Notes: generated from the sequence alone by a model not told the origin. A stretch of 63,951 nt of DNA, filler included, from Octopus bimaculoides (GCF_001194135.2; 6 parts of 6 records of this genome joined end to end with filler, not necessarily neighbours in it); one strand, 5' to 3'. Shown: positions 27,018 through 39,390, counted from the whole stretch's first letter. Program-made: numbers and translations.

Positions 27018-27871
27018 GCTGACTACTTGATAAATTCTTATAAAGATTTTATCCTATATTATATTATAAATAATTGGAATATATTCAGTGCTGAATATTA
27101 TTCTGTATAAGCACATGTTACTGAGATGCAACCGGATAAATTCTAATCTCTTTCACGGATATATAATGATGGACAGAAGTCATCGTACTATGTTGGGTAC
27201 ATCGTGGTATGTTGATTCTTGTTTATTTTTATGTGTCTCGACCATACGTGTACTGATGACCAAAAGATGCAGCTTACTTCACAGTTTTGCTGTATTGATT
27301 GAGAAACCAGTGGTTTACCGTTAAGTTAAATGTTTTTAAGAGATTAATTTTGAAAGCTGCATTTCCTCGCTTTCGGTAAATATGTTGCTTATTTTTTGGT
27401 AGTTTTTTAAAATTGTGTCTGTGTTTGTCCCCCCAACATCACTTTGACAACCAATGCTGGTGTGTTTACATCCCCGCAACTTAGCAGTTCAGCGAAAGAG
27501 ACCAATAGAATAAGTACTAGGCTTATAAAAATTAAGTCCTGGGGTCGATTTGCTCAACTAAAAGGCGGTGCTCTAGCATGGCCACAGTCAAATGACTGAA
27601 ACAAGTAAAAGAGTAAAAGAGTATATATATATATGATGGGCTTCTTTCAGTTTCTGTCTACCAGATCAATTCATGAGACTTTGCTGGGCCCAAGGCTATA
27701 GTAGAAGACACATGTCCAAGTGGGACTGAACCATGGACCATGTGGCTGGGAAGCAAGCTTCTTACCATACAACCATGCCTGTGCCTATTTTGACTTTTGT
27801 ACAGTATTTTATGTTATAATATTGTATATTAATACAATTTTAATACATATATTTATACATTTTTTTTCCAG

Positions 27872-28045
27872 TTCGATACTGCTTGGGGCTCTATGTATTA
27901 TGGTCATTCCGCAAGTTCCAAGAAGCTGTTCGCAAGCGGTTTGGTTCTAACACCAAATTCTGGCTATATTTGCTTACAATGACCCAATTTCATTTTGTAT
28001 TCTATATGACTCGACCTCTCCCCAACATAATGGCCCTTGGGCTCG
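27872..28045 (+). CDS. ALG12: ALG12 alpha-1,6-mannosyltransferase exon (174 nt): (V)RYCLGLYVLWSFRKFQEAVRKRFG...QFHFVFYMTRPLPNIMALGL
   Basis: ttccag| ... |gtaagt; the QFHxxFYxTRxLPN motif is typical of ALG12. Upstream coding exons were not found in this segment. Confidence 0.95.
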
Positions 28046-28858
28046 GTAAGTTAATTCTTATATTTAACATTAACTCTTCCAATACAACATACCCATACAA
28101 CATGCATATATATTTCATACATCCTTCTGAGCACAGTGTTAATTTTTATTACTTACTGCACAACCTCCTCTTGTTTATATTTCTTTAGTACTTTATATCA
28201 ATATAGATGTTGACTAGCCTTAGATGTAAAATCTGGCTTCCCTATCACATGGCTCCAGTTTTAGTCCCACTGCATAGTACCTTGGGCAAGTGACTTCTAC
28301 TATAGCCTTGTGAGTAGATTTGGTTGACAGGATTGCAATAGAGACTTTGGTTAGTGCAATGTGGAGCTAATGAATGAAGGTCTATTTTGTTGGCTGTGTA
28401 AATGTGCGTTTTACTATCTCCTTGCTTTGACTTTTGCATGACAGCCATAAATGAAGGTCTACTTTGTTGGCTGTGTAAATGTGCGTTTTACTATCTCCTT
28501 ATAATAACTGAAGCACACTTGCAAACATTTAACTGAAATATTCATTGCCAGACATAAAGATATTAGGTGTTAGTTATTCATAATGAACAGCATAAATGTT
28601 TGCTGACTGGGAGTGAGACAAATTGCTCTGAAATTACAGAAATTAAAGCTATTTGTGTGACATGCGGTTGGCTCAAAAATATACAAAGTCAACTGTGCAA
28701 ATCTCTGTTGTGACAGAGGTCCTTGACTGTTTTCTCTTGGCCATTTGAGCTCTAAGGTATATACCAAATGGTTTTTTTAGGAGACCAGAAAATAAATTCT
28801 AGAATGTCTGAGAAAACCATGTCACATCACAGCTTCATGTACAATGATGTGACATGGA

Positions 28859-29210
28859 TATAATGTACAAATGAGGGAGCCTCTATGTAGTTAGAGAACC
28901 TGCTATAAGTAGCTGCCAAATTTCCCACAAATCACAGATACCATGATGGTGACACTCATTTATGGCTGTCATGCAAAAGTCAAAGCAAGGAGATAGTAAA
29001 ACGCANNNNNNNNNNTATATATATGTATATATATGTGTGTGTGTGTATATGTTTGTGTATGTGTGCGTTTTACTATCTCCTTGCTTTGACTTTTGCATGA
29101 CAGCCGTAAGCTTGTGTCATCATCATGATATCTGTGATTTGTGGGAAATTTGGCAGCTACTTATAGCAGGTTCTCTGACTACATAGAGGCTCCCTCATTT
29201 GTACATTATA
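28859..29210. repeat. 147-bp inverted repeat around a TA/GT spacer and a 10-N gap
   Basis: Arms 28859-29005 and 29064-29210 are reverse complements with a few differences. Confidence 0.92.
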
Positions 29211-29779
29211 AGCTTTGTTGAGAAAGTAGTTAATAATGAAGATAGCTAATATTACTACAAACTTCTGTTTTTTAAAAAGTACTTCAATGAGAAAGTATTT
29301 AATATTAAATAACAGTTTTATTAGAAGTGCCAATTGAAGTATTAACGTACTCAGTGTTTTAGGAGGATTTGAAGTAATATTTAAGTCTCAAAAGTCAATA
29401 TTTCATCAACTTGGTCATTCAACTAACCTATTTTTTTATCATGTTTTAAATAATTTCTCTTAATATTCAAAATAAGCTAAGGTGGTGAGCTGGCAGAATT
29501 GTTAGCATACTAGACAAAATGCTTAGCAATATTTCATCCATCTTTACATTCTGAGTTCAAATTCTGTCGAGGTTGAATTTGTCTTTCATCCCTCTTGGGG
29601 TCAATAAAATAAGTACCAGTTGAGCACTGAGGTCGATGTAATCTACTTAGCTCCCTCTCCCCAAATTACTGGCTTGTGCCAAATGAAATCAGTATTCAAA
29701 ATAAAATAAATTATTGGGAAAACAAAACAAAATAAAAGAAAACCACTTAACAATGAAATCTGTTTATTTTTCATTATAG

Positions 29780-29974
29780 TATTATTAGCATTGCAATCAT
29801 GGTTATTTGGAAGACATAAATCGTTTCTATGGTTTGCTGGAACTGCAATTATTATATTTCGCTCTGATGTCAGCTTGCTGCTTGGAATTTACCTGCTCAT
29901 GGATCTTGTCACACGTAGACTTAGTCTTAAAAATGCTGTTGCTATAATTATTTTTGCTGGTGGCATTATTTTAG
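29780..29974 (+). CDS. ALG12: ALG12 exon (195 nt): (V)LLALQSWLFGRHKSFLWFAGTAIIIFRSDVSLLLG...FAGGIIL(G)
   Basis: tatag| ... |gtaagt; phase 1 to 1; hydrophobic TM segments; overlaps ORF 29791..29988. Confidence 0.94.
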
Positions 29975-30621
29975 GTAAGTCTCTCTGAAAATCATTTTAC
30001 AAAATTGTGTGTGTGTGCACATGTGTGTATGTGTGCGTGTATAATATATATGTATACATACATGATGACCAGAGAACAATCATGTAAAGTTGAGAACAAT
30101 CATGTAATGTGTGACCAACTGACCAAGTTTAGACATTTCCTAATTCATGAAGATGTTTTATACTTGAAATTTGACTTGAACCGCTTTGCTAATTCTGTTG
30201 CAATTTGCTTCAGATTTTCTTCAGATACAGTTTTTCAAAGCTCAATGTCGACAGAACTTTCAGATCAAGGGGAATATGTGAGAGAAAAATTTCGTGAGTG
30301 AAACTGACCAGACCATCATTGACATGCTCAAACCCTTAAAACTTCACTTCCATAAAGAGAATGATTGTTCCTTACTACTTCCAGTGCTGAAGGGCCATTT
30401 TTGAATTCATGCAGCTTGCAGTGTCTGATATGGATCTAATCTAAACTCATTTTAAAATACAAGTATCAATACAAGTTTCACCACTATAGTATAAAGTAAT
30501 TTGCAAATAAAGAAAAGAACATTAATTGAAAAAAATTAATGTTTATTTTGTCATAAGTATTGAAAAAGTACCCACAAAGTAATCATGTCAAAAATGCAAC
30601 AAGACTTTCTTTCCAGCCTAA

Positions 30622-30880
30622 TCATCATCATCATCGTTTAACGTCCGCTTTCCATGCTAGCATGGGGTGGACGATTTGACTGAGGACTGGTGAAACCAGA
30701 TGGCTACACCGGCTCCAATCTGATTTGGCAGTGTTTCCACAGCTGGATGCCCTTCCTAACGCCAACCACTCAGAGAGTGTAGTGGGTGCTTTTACGTGTC
30801 ACCCGCACGAAGGCCAGTCAGGCGGCACTGGCAACGGCCACGCTCATCTCGCTCGAGAAACCTCATGTGTCACCCGCACA
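30622..30880 (-). mobile_element. SINE family B 3' part (ggatgcccttcctaacgccaacc, ccatgctagcatgg, (GAT)n tail)
   Basis: Other copies at about 7190-7520(+), 12405-12780(-), 17135-17480(-), 19625-19810(+), 41310-41522(+), 44220-44345(+), 48890-48990(-) and 54300-54483(+). Confidence 0.8.
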
Positions 30881-32053
30881 NNNNNNNNNNNNNNNNNNNN
30901 NNNNNNNNNNNNNNNNNNNNNNNNNNNNNNNNNNNNNNNNNNNNNNNNNNNNNNNNNNNNNNNNNNNNNNNNNNNNNNNNNNNNNNNNNNNNNNNNNNNN
31001 NNNNNNNNNNNNNNNNNNNNNNNNNNNNNNNNNNNNNNNNNNNNNNNNNNNNNNNNNNNNNNNNNNNNNNNNNNNNNNNNNNNNNNNNNNNNNNNNNNNN
31101 NNNNNNNNNNNNNNNNNNNNNNNNNNNNNNNNNNNNNNNNNNNNNNNNNNNNNNNNNNNNNNNNNNNNNNNNNNNNNNNNNNNNNNNNNNNNNNNNNNNN
31201 NNNNNNNNNNNNNNNNNNNNNNNNNNNNNNNNNNNNNNNNNNNNNNNNNNNNNNNNNNNNNNNNNNNNNNNNNNNNNNNNNNNNNNNNNNNNNNNNNNNN
31301 NNNNNNNNNNNNNNNNNNNNNNNNNNNNNNNNNNNNNNNNNNNNNNNNNNNNNNNNNNNNNNNNNNNNNNNNNNNNNNNNNNNNNNNNNNNNNNNNNNNN
31401 NNNNNNNNNNNNNNNNNNNNNNNNNNNNNNNNNNNNNNNNNNNNNNNNNNNNNNNNNNNNNNNNNNNNNNNNNNNNNNNNNNNNNNNNNNNNNNNNNNNN
31501 NNNNNNNNNNNNATATATACACACACACACAGAGGTTGAATCTCTTAAATCTGGCAACCTTGGAACTTGGCCATTGCTGAAACACATAAAAATGTCTGCA
31601 AAGAGAAAATTTTCATAAATCATTCACAGTTGTCGATTCAAGCCCATAATACTCACATGATGTCTTTACGGATGGATGTTCTTTTATCTAATATCTTCAG
31701 AGGCCCACGCTTTTCAAGTATAGATTATGATATATGTTTACATTTACATCATCATTTGCATCTCTTAGTCTCTTGGTTGACATTCTGAAGAGTTAAAATA
31801 CAGTGAAATAAAAATTGAATAGACTCTTATTACCAAAATATTTTGGCTTTGGTAATTAGAGTTTGACAGCTTAGTGCTTCTAACAGCACTTCCCTGGTGA
31901 CAAATCAACAAACTAATGCTGAAGATCCTAAATATGCCTGAGTTCTGGATTTAAGAGGGCCATTACGTGTGTGTGTGTGTGTGTGAGTGTACATGTATGC
32001 AAGCACACGTACAACAATATGTCTTATGTGGTTTAATTTCTTTTTCTTTAAAG

Positions 32054-32157
32054 GTGCAACTGTATTGATAGATTCTTTCTTTTGGCAACGTTGGCTCTGG
32101 CCTGAAGCAGAAGTTTTCTGGTTCAATACAATTAAAAACAAAAGTTCTCAGTGGGGT
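32054..32157 (+). CDS. ALG12: ALG12 exon (104 nt): [34 protein letters not shown]
   Basis: taaag| ... |gtatcc; contains the DSxFW..WPE..V.W.N..NKSS.WG motif of ALG12. Confidence 0.95.
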
Positions 32158-33084
32158 GTATCCTTTAAATATGCTTTATATTCATCTATGTTTTTTTTTA
32201 ATTTACTTTGATTTATATTTCTAAACCATCAGAATTTTTGCTTTTGGTATTTTTTAAATCATCAAATGTACCTTTCTAGAATATTTAAAGTATTTAACCT
32301 AAAGTTAAGACAAGAATATTGCTTATAACTTCCATTTACAGGTTTCATATGATGTTCAGTTATATATGATATCTGTTTATATATCTTGTGTCTAACATAT
32401 CATCATTACCCCTCCCTCACTGGCACAATATCATTGCCACGACCATGATGACGACTATCCAACTATCCAATCCATCATCATCATCATCATCATCATCATT
32501 GTTTCACAGCCTGTTTTCTTTGCTGGCATGAGATAGATAGGATTCGACATTTTACCACTCATTGCAGTTCTCTATCAACTGGCACACTCAAAGTAACAAA
32601 GAATCCTGTCCATCTTCGATACACTAGAGAGGTCGTCGCTAACAAGACTAAAGAGGTTCTTATACGTTGCATCATACTTCTGTCTGTATCCAATTTTATT
32701 CATACTCAGTGGGAATGAAAAGCAAACTCAATTGGTTGTCAAGAGAGGCAACCAAGATGACTTAAAATACCTCAACACTTTTGTGACTGATGCACCAATA
32801 TTTTGCCATCCTATGCTAACACACACACACACACACACACACCACACACACACACACACACACACCACACACACACACACAGTTGAAGAAATTGACCTAG
32901 GACTTATTTTTTGTAAGCCTAGTACTTATTCTATTGTTCTCCTTTGCTGAACTGCTAAGTTACAGGGATGTAAACACACCAACATTGGTTGTCAAACTAT
33001 GAGGGGAGGACAAACATAGACACAAAGGCACACACATAAATATATATAAATATATATATATGTATGTATGTATATGTGTGTGTG

Positions 33085-33116
<32 letters not shown>

Positions 33117-33595
33117 ATGTATGTATGTATGTATGTATATATATATATATACATACACAACAGGCTTCTTTCAGTTTCTGTCTACCAAATCTACTCACAA
33201 TGCTTTGGTCAGTCCAGGGCTACAGTAGAAGACATTTACCAAAGGTGTCATGCAGTAGAACTGAACTTGGAACCATGTGGTTGGGAAGCAAGCTTCTTAC
33301 CACACAGCCATGCCTATGTTCCCACTTTTTTTTCTTTTTATAAAACCATCCAATCATACCAGTCTTGGCACCACAAATATTAAACTATTTGGAAATCAAG
33401 TCAGTGAGAGTGCTTTCTATGTTACATCATATTATGTAGTACTAGTTACAATGAGTTTGCAAAAATGCTGGATGATCATGGCTGGAATGCCTTTGATTAT
33501 AGTTTTGCTTTATCAGGCCTGACTGGAAACTAAACAAAATGTGTTTTAAAAACCAACTAAATTTCTATTGATATCTTTTCCTTTACAATTTCAAG
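32158..33595 (+). other. ALG12: U12-type (minor spliceosome) GT-AG intron of ALG12
   Basis: 5' site GTATCCTTT (32158-32166); branch-like TTTTCCTTTAC (33576-33586) with the A 10 nt from the terminal AG; no long polypyrimidine tract; of the nearby GT sites checked, this one keeps the frame (NWG|TSP junction). Confidence 0.88.
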
Positions 33596-33822
33596 ACATC
33601 TCCTTTTCTGTGGTATTTTTACTCAGCATTACCAAGGTCACTTGGTTTAACAGCATTCCTTTTTCCACTTGGATTATACTTCTGTCCATCTGTAAGAGGA
33701 TTGGTAATTCCAGCCATTGTCTATGTTATGCTTTATTCATTCCTGCCTCACAAAGAACTTCGATTTATTATCTATGTGTTTCCGCTACTGAATTTGGCTG
33801 CTGCTGCTTTCATCAACAAAAT
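33596..33822 (+). CDS. ALG12: ALG12 exon (227 nt): [17 protein letters not shown]...[30 protein letters not shown]
   Basis: tcaag| ... |gtaagc; contains LPHKELRFI, the GT22-family motif. Confidence 0.96.
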
Positions 33823-34992
33823 GTAAGCTGACATTTCCATTTATGTTCCTTGTTTTTTTTTCCCCTGTCTTACATATTGAAATTAGTTTTAAATTTTTAT
33901 GTTTATATTTCTTACTTCTTTACATACTCATTCCCTCTGCCTCCTCTAATTCATTTATTTTCCCTTTCTTTTGCATGCATGCACATGCATGTGCACATAC
34001 ATGCGCATGTGCACACACACACACACACACACCTGTATTGACAGATGTGCACTCACTGATCAGTAATGAAGTCACATCCATCAACATATGCACACAGCCA
34101 TCTACCCACATGCACAAGATTGGACTCCTGCTCAGAATCGAACTGAAGGTCGGAGACTCAGCACATCAGGAAGATACTTTTACTCATGACACATTTGTTT
34201 TACTTAATCTATAGTCATTTGTTATCTGTTACAAATACTCTGAATATCTGATTTTGGAAAGTTTTTTTTCTTAAGGCACAAGTTTCGTTAAAGTTTCTTT
34301 TTTTTATGGAAAAATTAACTGTTGCCNNNNNNNNNNNNNNNNNNNNNNNNNNNNNNNNNNNNNNNNNNNNNNNNNNNNNNNNNNNNNNNNNNNNNNNNNN
34401 NNNNNNNNNNNNNNNNNNNNNNNNNNNNNNNNNNNNNNNNNNNNNNNNNNNNNNNNNNNNNNNNNNNNNNNNNNNNNNNNNNNNNNNNNNNNNNNNNNNN
34501 NNNNNNNNNNNNNNNNNNNNNNNNNNNNNNNNNNNNNNNNNNNNNNNNNNNNNNNNNNNNNNNNNNNNNNNNNNNNNNNNNNNNNNNNNNNNNNNNNNNN
34601 NNNNNNNNNNNNNNNNNNNNNNNNNNNNNNNNNNNNNNNNNNNNNNNNNNNNNNNNNNNNNNNNNNNNNNNNNNNNNNNNNNNNNNNNNNNNNNNNNNNN
34701 NNNNNNNNNNNNNNNNNNNNNNNNNNNNNNNNNNNNNNNNNNNNNNNNNNNNNNNNNNNNNNNNNNNNNNNNNNNNNNNNNNNNNNNNNNNNNNNNNNNN
34801 NNNNNNNNNNNNNNNNNNNNNNNNNNNNNNNNNNNNNNNNNNNNNNNNNNNNNNNNNNNNNNNNNNNNNNNNNNNNNNNNNNNNNNNNNNNNNNNNNNNN
34901 NNNNNNNNNNNNNNNNNNNNNNNNNNNNNNNNNNNNNNNNNNNNNNNNNNNNNNNNNNNNNNNNNNNNNNNNNNNNNNNNNNNNNNNNNNNN

Positions 34993-35716
34993 TTAAGCAA
35001 AATGAAAATAACACTGACATCTCGTATTAACAACTTGTTTAAGTTGGTGAATGCTGCTATAATCCTTGTCTTCAGTTCATCTTTGTTGTTACAAGGAGTT
35101 TTGTTGGTCTCTCGCTCAACTGTGCCTCACACATAATAATCAAGGGGGTTACAGGCTGGGGAGTTAGGTGGCCAGATTTTAGGGGTGGTGTGGTTGCAGA
35201 AATCATCTGACAGCCATGACTGGGATCTCCTGCTTGTGTGGCATGGTACAGAGTCCTTTTGCCAGACATAGAGTCTTCCAGCAGTCACCCTCTTGACCTA
35301 GGGCAGCACTACTTCCTCCAGGCACTTGATGTAGGCCTCCATGTTGAGTCTGACGTCGTGTGGGAAGATGTATGGAGGCATAACATTGCCATCACTAGTG
35401 ATCACTCCAAACACTGTGATGTTGACTGGATGTTTGAGTTTTATAACTCTTGGTACATGTTTTAGGGACATGGAAAGCCAACGGTTGTTCTGTGTGTTCA
35501 CCATCTGTTCATATTGGAGTTTCCAGCGTGAATGCCAAGCAGTACAGCATGTCGTTCCCAAATTTCTAGCAGAGTGAATTCTGTTATGGTGTTTTTTTTC
35601 TCACAGATGGTGCCCAACTGACCCTACTATACTGTGTAGTTGACAAAATCAAAAACAATGTGCTTGTGCGAAATTGAAAATATAAAATGGTGACAATTTA
35701 CCCATCGCACCCTGTA
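34993..35716 (-). mobile_element. Internally deleted DD37D (maT) Tc1/mariner transposon
   Basis: Translated WQKDSVPCH...WPPNSPACNPLDYYV has 37 residues between D2 and D3; end TAcagggtgcgatgggtaaatt. Confidence 0.88.
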
Positions 35717-35961
35717 TGTGTGTGTATGTATANNNNNNNNNNNNNNNNNNNNNNNNNNNNNNNNNNNNNNNNNNNNNNNNNNNNNNNNNNNNNNNNNNNN
35801 NNNNNNNNNNNNNNNNNNNNNNNNNNNNNNNNNNNNNNNNNNNNNNNNNNNNNNNNNNNNNNNNNNNNNNNNNNNNNNNNNNNNNNNNNNNNNNNNNNNN
35901 NNNNNNNNNNNNNNNNNNNNNNNNNNNNNNATATATATATATATGTATGTATGTATGTATA

Positions 35962-36886
35962 CTTTAGTTAAAATATGTTTGTGATATATTTCAAATTCTA
36001 AAGGAGAAAAAAGAATTTCTCTCTCATGGTAAAAATGTTAAAAACACCATATATGTTCAATACTGCCACTTACCAGATTCCCAGACATGTTTCTAACTCT
36101 TTAACTGTCACCAATGGGAAATGCTGAAGAGAAGCAATTCTGGACAGACTTAATTAAAGCCGTAACTTTACCTAGAACTCAATCAACAACACTGAATGAG
36201 TTGTGCCACTAGACTGCCAAGTTGAAACAATTACAGCAATATCAGTGTCAAGCAGTGTTTAGGCATAAGCAAACTTTAGGTTAGTTAAAATATGTTTGTG
36301 ACATATATTAACTTCTAAAGGCAAATTCACTGCAGTTACTTATGGTGAAAAGGTGTAAAACACCATATCTATCCAGTGCTACTCCTGCTGGATTCCCAGA
36401 CATGTTTCTAGGTCTTTGGTCATTATCACTGGGAAATACGAAAGAGAGGCAACTCTGAACAGACTTAATTAAAGCTGTAGCTTTAACTAAAACATAGTCA
36501 ATAACAAAGACTGAGTTGTGCCATTAGACTGAGCTGTGCCAACAACATTGCCTGAATTGCACAATTAGACCATTCTGTTTTATGGTAAAAAGGTGTGATG
36601 CAACTCAGTCAATGTTGTTGACTGTGTTAAAGCTACAGTTGTAATTAAGTTTGTGCAGAGTTGCTTCTCTTTGGTATTTCCTATTGATAACAGCTAATGA
36701 GTTAGATATGCATCTGGGAATCTGGCAGGTATGGTGTTTTTACATCTTTTTTACCATGGGAGAGAATTTTTTCTCCACAGTAATTGCAGTGAATTTGCCT
36801 TTAGAAGTTGAAATGTCACAAACATATTTTAACTAACCTAAAGTTTGTTTATGCCTAAACACTGCTTCGGGCTGATACTATTGTAA
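35962..36886. repeat. Three copies of a unit of about 300 bp, arranged direct, direct, inverted
   Basis: ttagttaaaatatgtttgtga, gattcccaga and gacttaattaaagc recur at about 35965 and 36281, and in reverse at about 36601-36886. Confidence 0.88.
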
Positions 36887-37039
36887 TATGTGTGTGTATG
36901 TGTGTGCATGTGTGCAGGCATGTGTGTGTTTGTGTCTGCCCCCCACTACTGTTTGACAGCTGGTGTTGGTGTGTTTACATCCCTGTAACTTTGTGCTTTG
37001 GCAAAAGCGATCCAATAGAATAAGTATCAGGCAATCTTT

Positions 37040-39390
37040 TGGGATGGAATATATAAAAGTAGGATCAGAGGTGTTAGGTCTTAAGAGGAGACAGCACCGA
37101 GACTGGTTTGATTCCAATGATATGGTGATAAATGAGCTTTTAGCAACAAAGAGATCCACTCATGAAAAGCTTCTTGACCCAAACATAAAGAACAAAGTGC
37201 AATTAGAAAAGTTGTACAAGTCTCAGAAAGCAAATTTGCAAAAAGAACTCAGGTGGCTTAAAGACACTTGGTGGAGAAGTCTGAGGAAGTACAGGCGGCC
37301 TATGACAGGAAAGACATTAAAAGTTTCTATAGTTTATTGTGGCAAGCTTTTGGTCCCCAATCTTCATCATATGTTCCCTTGAAGTCAAAAGATGGAAATG
37401 AAGTTATTGAAGATTCTCCTAGAATAATGAATAGATGGAGAGAACACTTTGCAGATCTTTTTCCACAATCCAAACATGGATATGATAAACAACATTCTGC
37501 AAAGAGAGAGCAACACACAAATGATACACCTTCCATTTAAGAAATAAACCCGGCATTATATAAATTGAAATCAGGTAAAGCTTCTGGATTGGATGGTATT
37601 CCAGTTGAAATTCTGAAAGCAGGTGGGGATCATATTTCATCTGAAATTCATAACCTGATAACTTGAGTTTTGAATGAATCTTCTGTGCCAAAGGAATAGA
37701 TAAATGGCGTTCTAATCTCTATATACAAGGGTAAGGGACTAAAAGCAGTGTGTGGTAATTCTAGAGAGATAACTCTCCTGGCACATACTGAGAAGATACT
37801 TTCAAGGATCATGTTAGATCATCTCGTTGAGAATGTATGTCTACATGTGATTCCTGAAGAACAGTGTAGTCTCAAACCTGAGCAAGGAACAGTGGACATG
37901 ATATTTTCTGCAAGGCAGGTTCAGGAGAAATACTTAGAGGAACAAATATCACTATACCAGCTCTTCATAGATTTAACTAAGGCATTTGACATGGTAAACA
38001 GGGAGACACTGTGGATTGTTTTGTGTAAACTTGGTTGTCCAACACATTTTGTGGGCATCTTTAAGGAACTACACAGAAACATGAAGGCTCAGTTAATTGT
38101 TAATGGTGAGCTATCTCATGAATTTTTGGTGGACAATGCTGTCAAACAGGGAGATATTGCTTCCCCTACATTCTTCTCTATTTATTTTGCTGCATTGCTT
38201 TGGTATGCTTTCAAGGATTGCAATGGGAATCGGAATTAGATTTTGGACTTCTGGTTGCACTTTTAATCTGACCCAGTTTAACTGCAGAGCAAAGACTTTT
38301 CAAAAACACTTGTAAGAGAATTACTTTACACTGATGGTGCTGATTTGTTGTCACACTCAGAGGGGGACATGCAACATATAATGGACATATTTTCCACTGC
38401 ATGTGTACATTTTGGACTCAAAATTAGTCTTAGGAAAACCAAAGCAGTATTTACTCTTGTGCAAGGACAAATATATTCTGAACCAAACATTTTTTTGTGT
38501 GAATAGAACAAGGTTAGAAGTCACTGACACCTTTGTTTACCTTGGAAGCACACCTTCAAGAGATGGTGGTCTTGATGTAGAGATATACTATCAAATAGGG
38601 AAGGGAAGTGTTGCATTTGGAAAGTTCAAAAAGTGAGTATGGGCAGGTAGAGGTATTTCTCTGCAGACAAAAATCAATGTCTATAGAACGTGTGCATTGA
38701 CTGCACTTCTTTATTTGAGTGAGACGTAGACCACTTCCGGGCATCATATGAAAATACTGGAAAGATTTCATCAAAAGTGTTTCAGATGTATCTTGGGAGT
38801 CAAATGGGAATGTTTCATGCCAGAAGTTTTGTGCATGGCATGTTGTAACTCAGTTGAACAACATGTTATCTTGGTTCAAATGAGATGGGCTGGACATGTT
38901 ATTAGAATGAAAGATAAGCAATCGCTAAAGCGTCTTTTTTATGGTGAGCTCAACTCTGGTAAGTGACCACAACATAAGCCGAGGAAAAGGTACAAAGACT
39001 GTGAAGGAAAACCTGAAGAAATAAGATATGAACAAAAGTGATTGAGAAATTGATGTTCTGGATTGGAACAAGTAGAGAGGTGCTGCTAAGACTGGTTGCA
39101 ACACCTGGGAGAAAAAGGTGATTCAGCACTCTGAACTTAAAAGGGACTGTTGCAAAGGAACAATTGGAACTGAAATCAATAGTGAACATTGGATATGTAT
39201 TATGTGTGATAGTGTTCTGTTGTCAAAAGCAGGATATGTGAATCATATGAAGGCACATGAAAATTGAAATGCTCAGCTTGGTAATAATCTTGGATCCAAC
39301 TACCTCTTATGACTTGTGTCATATATCACAAAACTTGTAAGACAATATCTGGACTTAAAAGACTTCTGTGAGTTCACAAAAACATTCCTT
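37040..39390 (+). mobile_element. 5'-truncated, decayed RTE-clade LINE (RT and C-terminal zinc fingers) in an ALG12 intron
   Basis: HRDWFDSND, ASGLDGIPVEILK, CGNSREITLL, FIDLTKAFD, VKQGD, LLYTDGADL, RWAGHVIRM and C-terminal CIMCD..GYVNHMKAH; many stops and frameshifts. Confidence 0.92.

Noticed and set aside
23470-27872. Bidirectional promoter between FBXL20 and ALG12
   Set aside because: An artificial spacer lies between them and both 5' ends are missing.
29857-29870. ALG12 FRSD where vertebrates have FRxE
   Set aside because: Conservative change; from memory, Asp also occurs here in plant orthologues.
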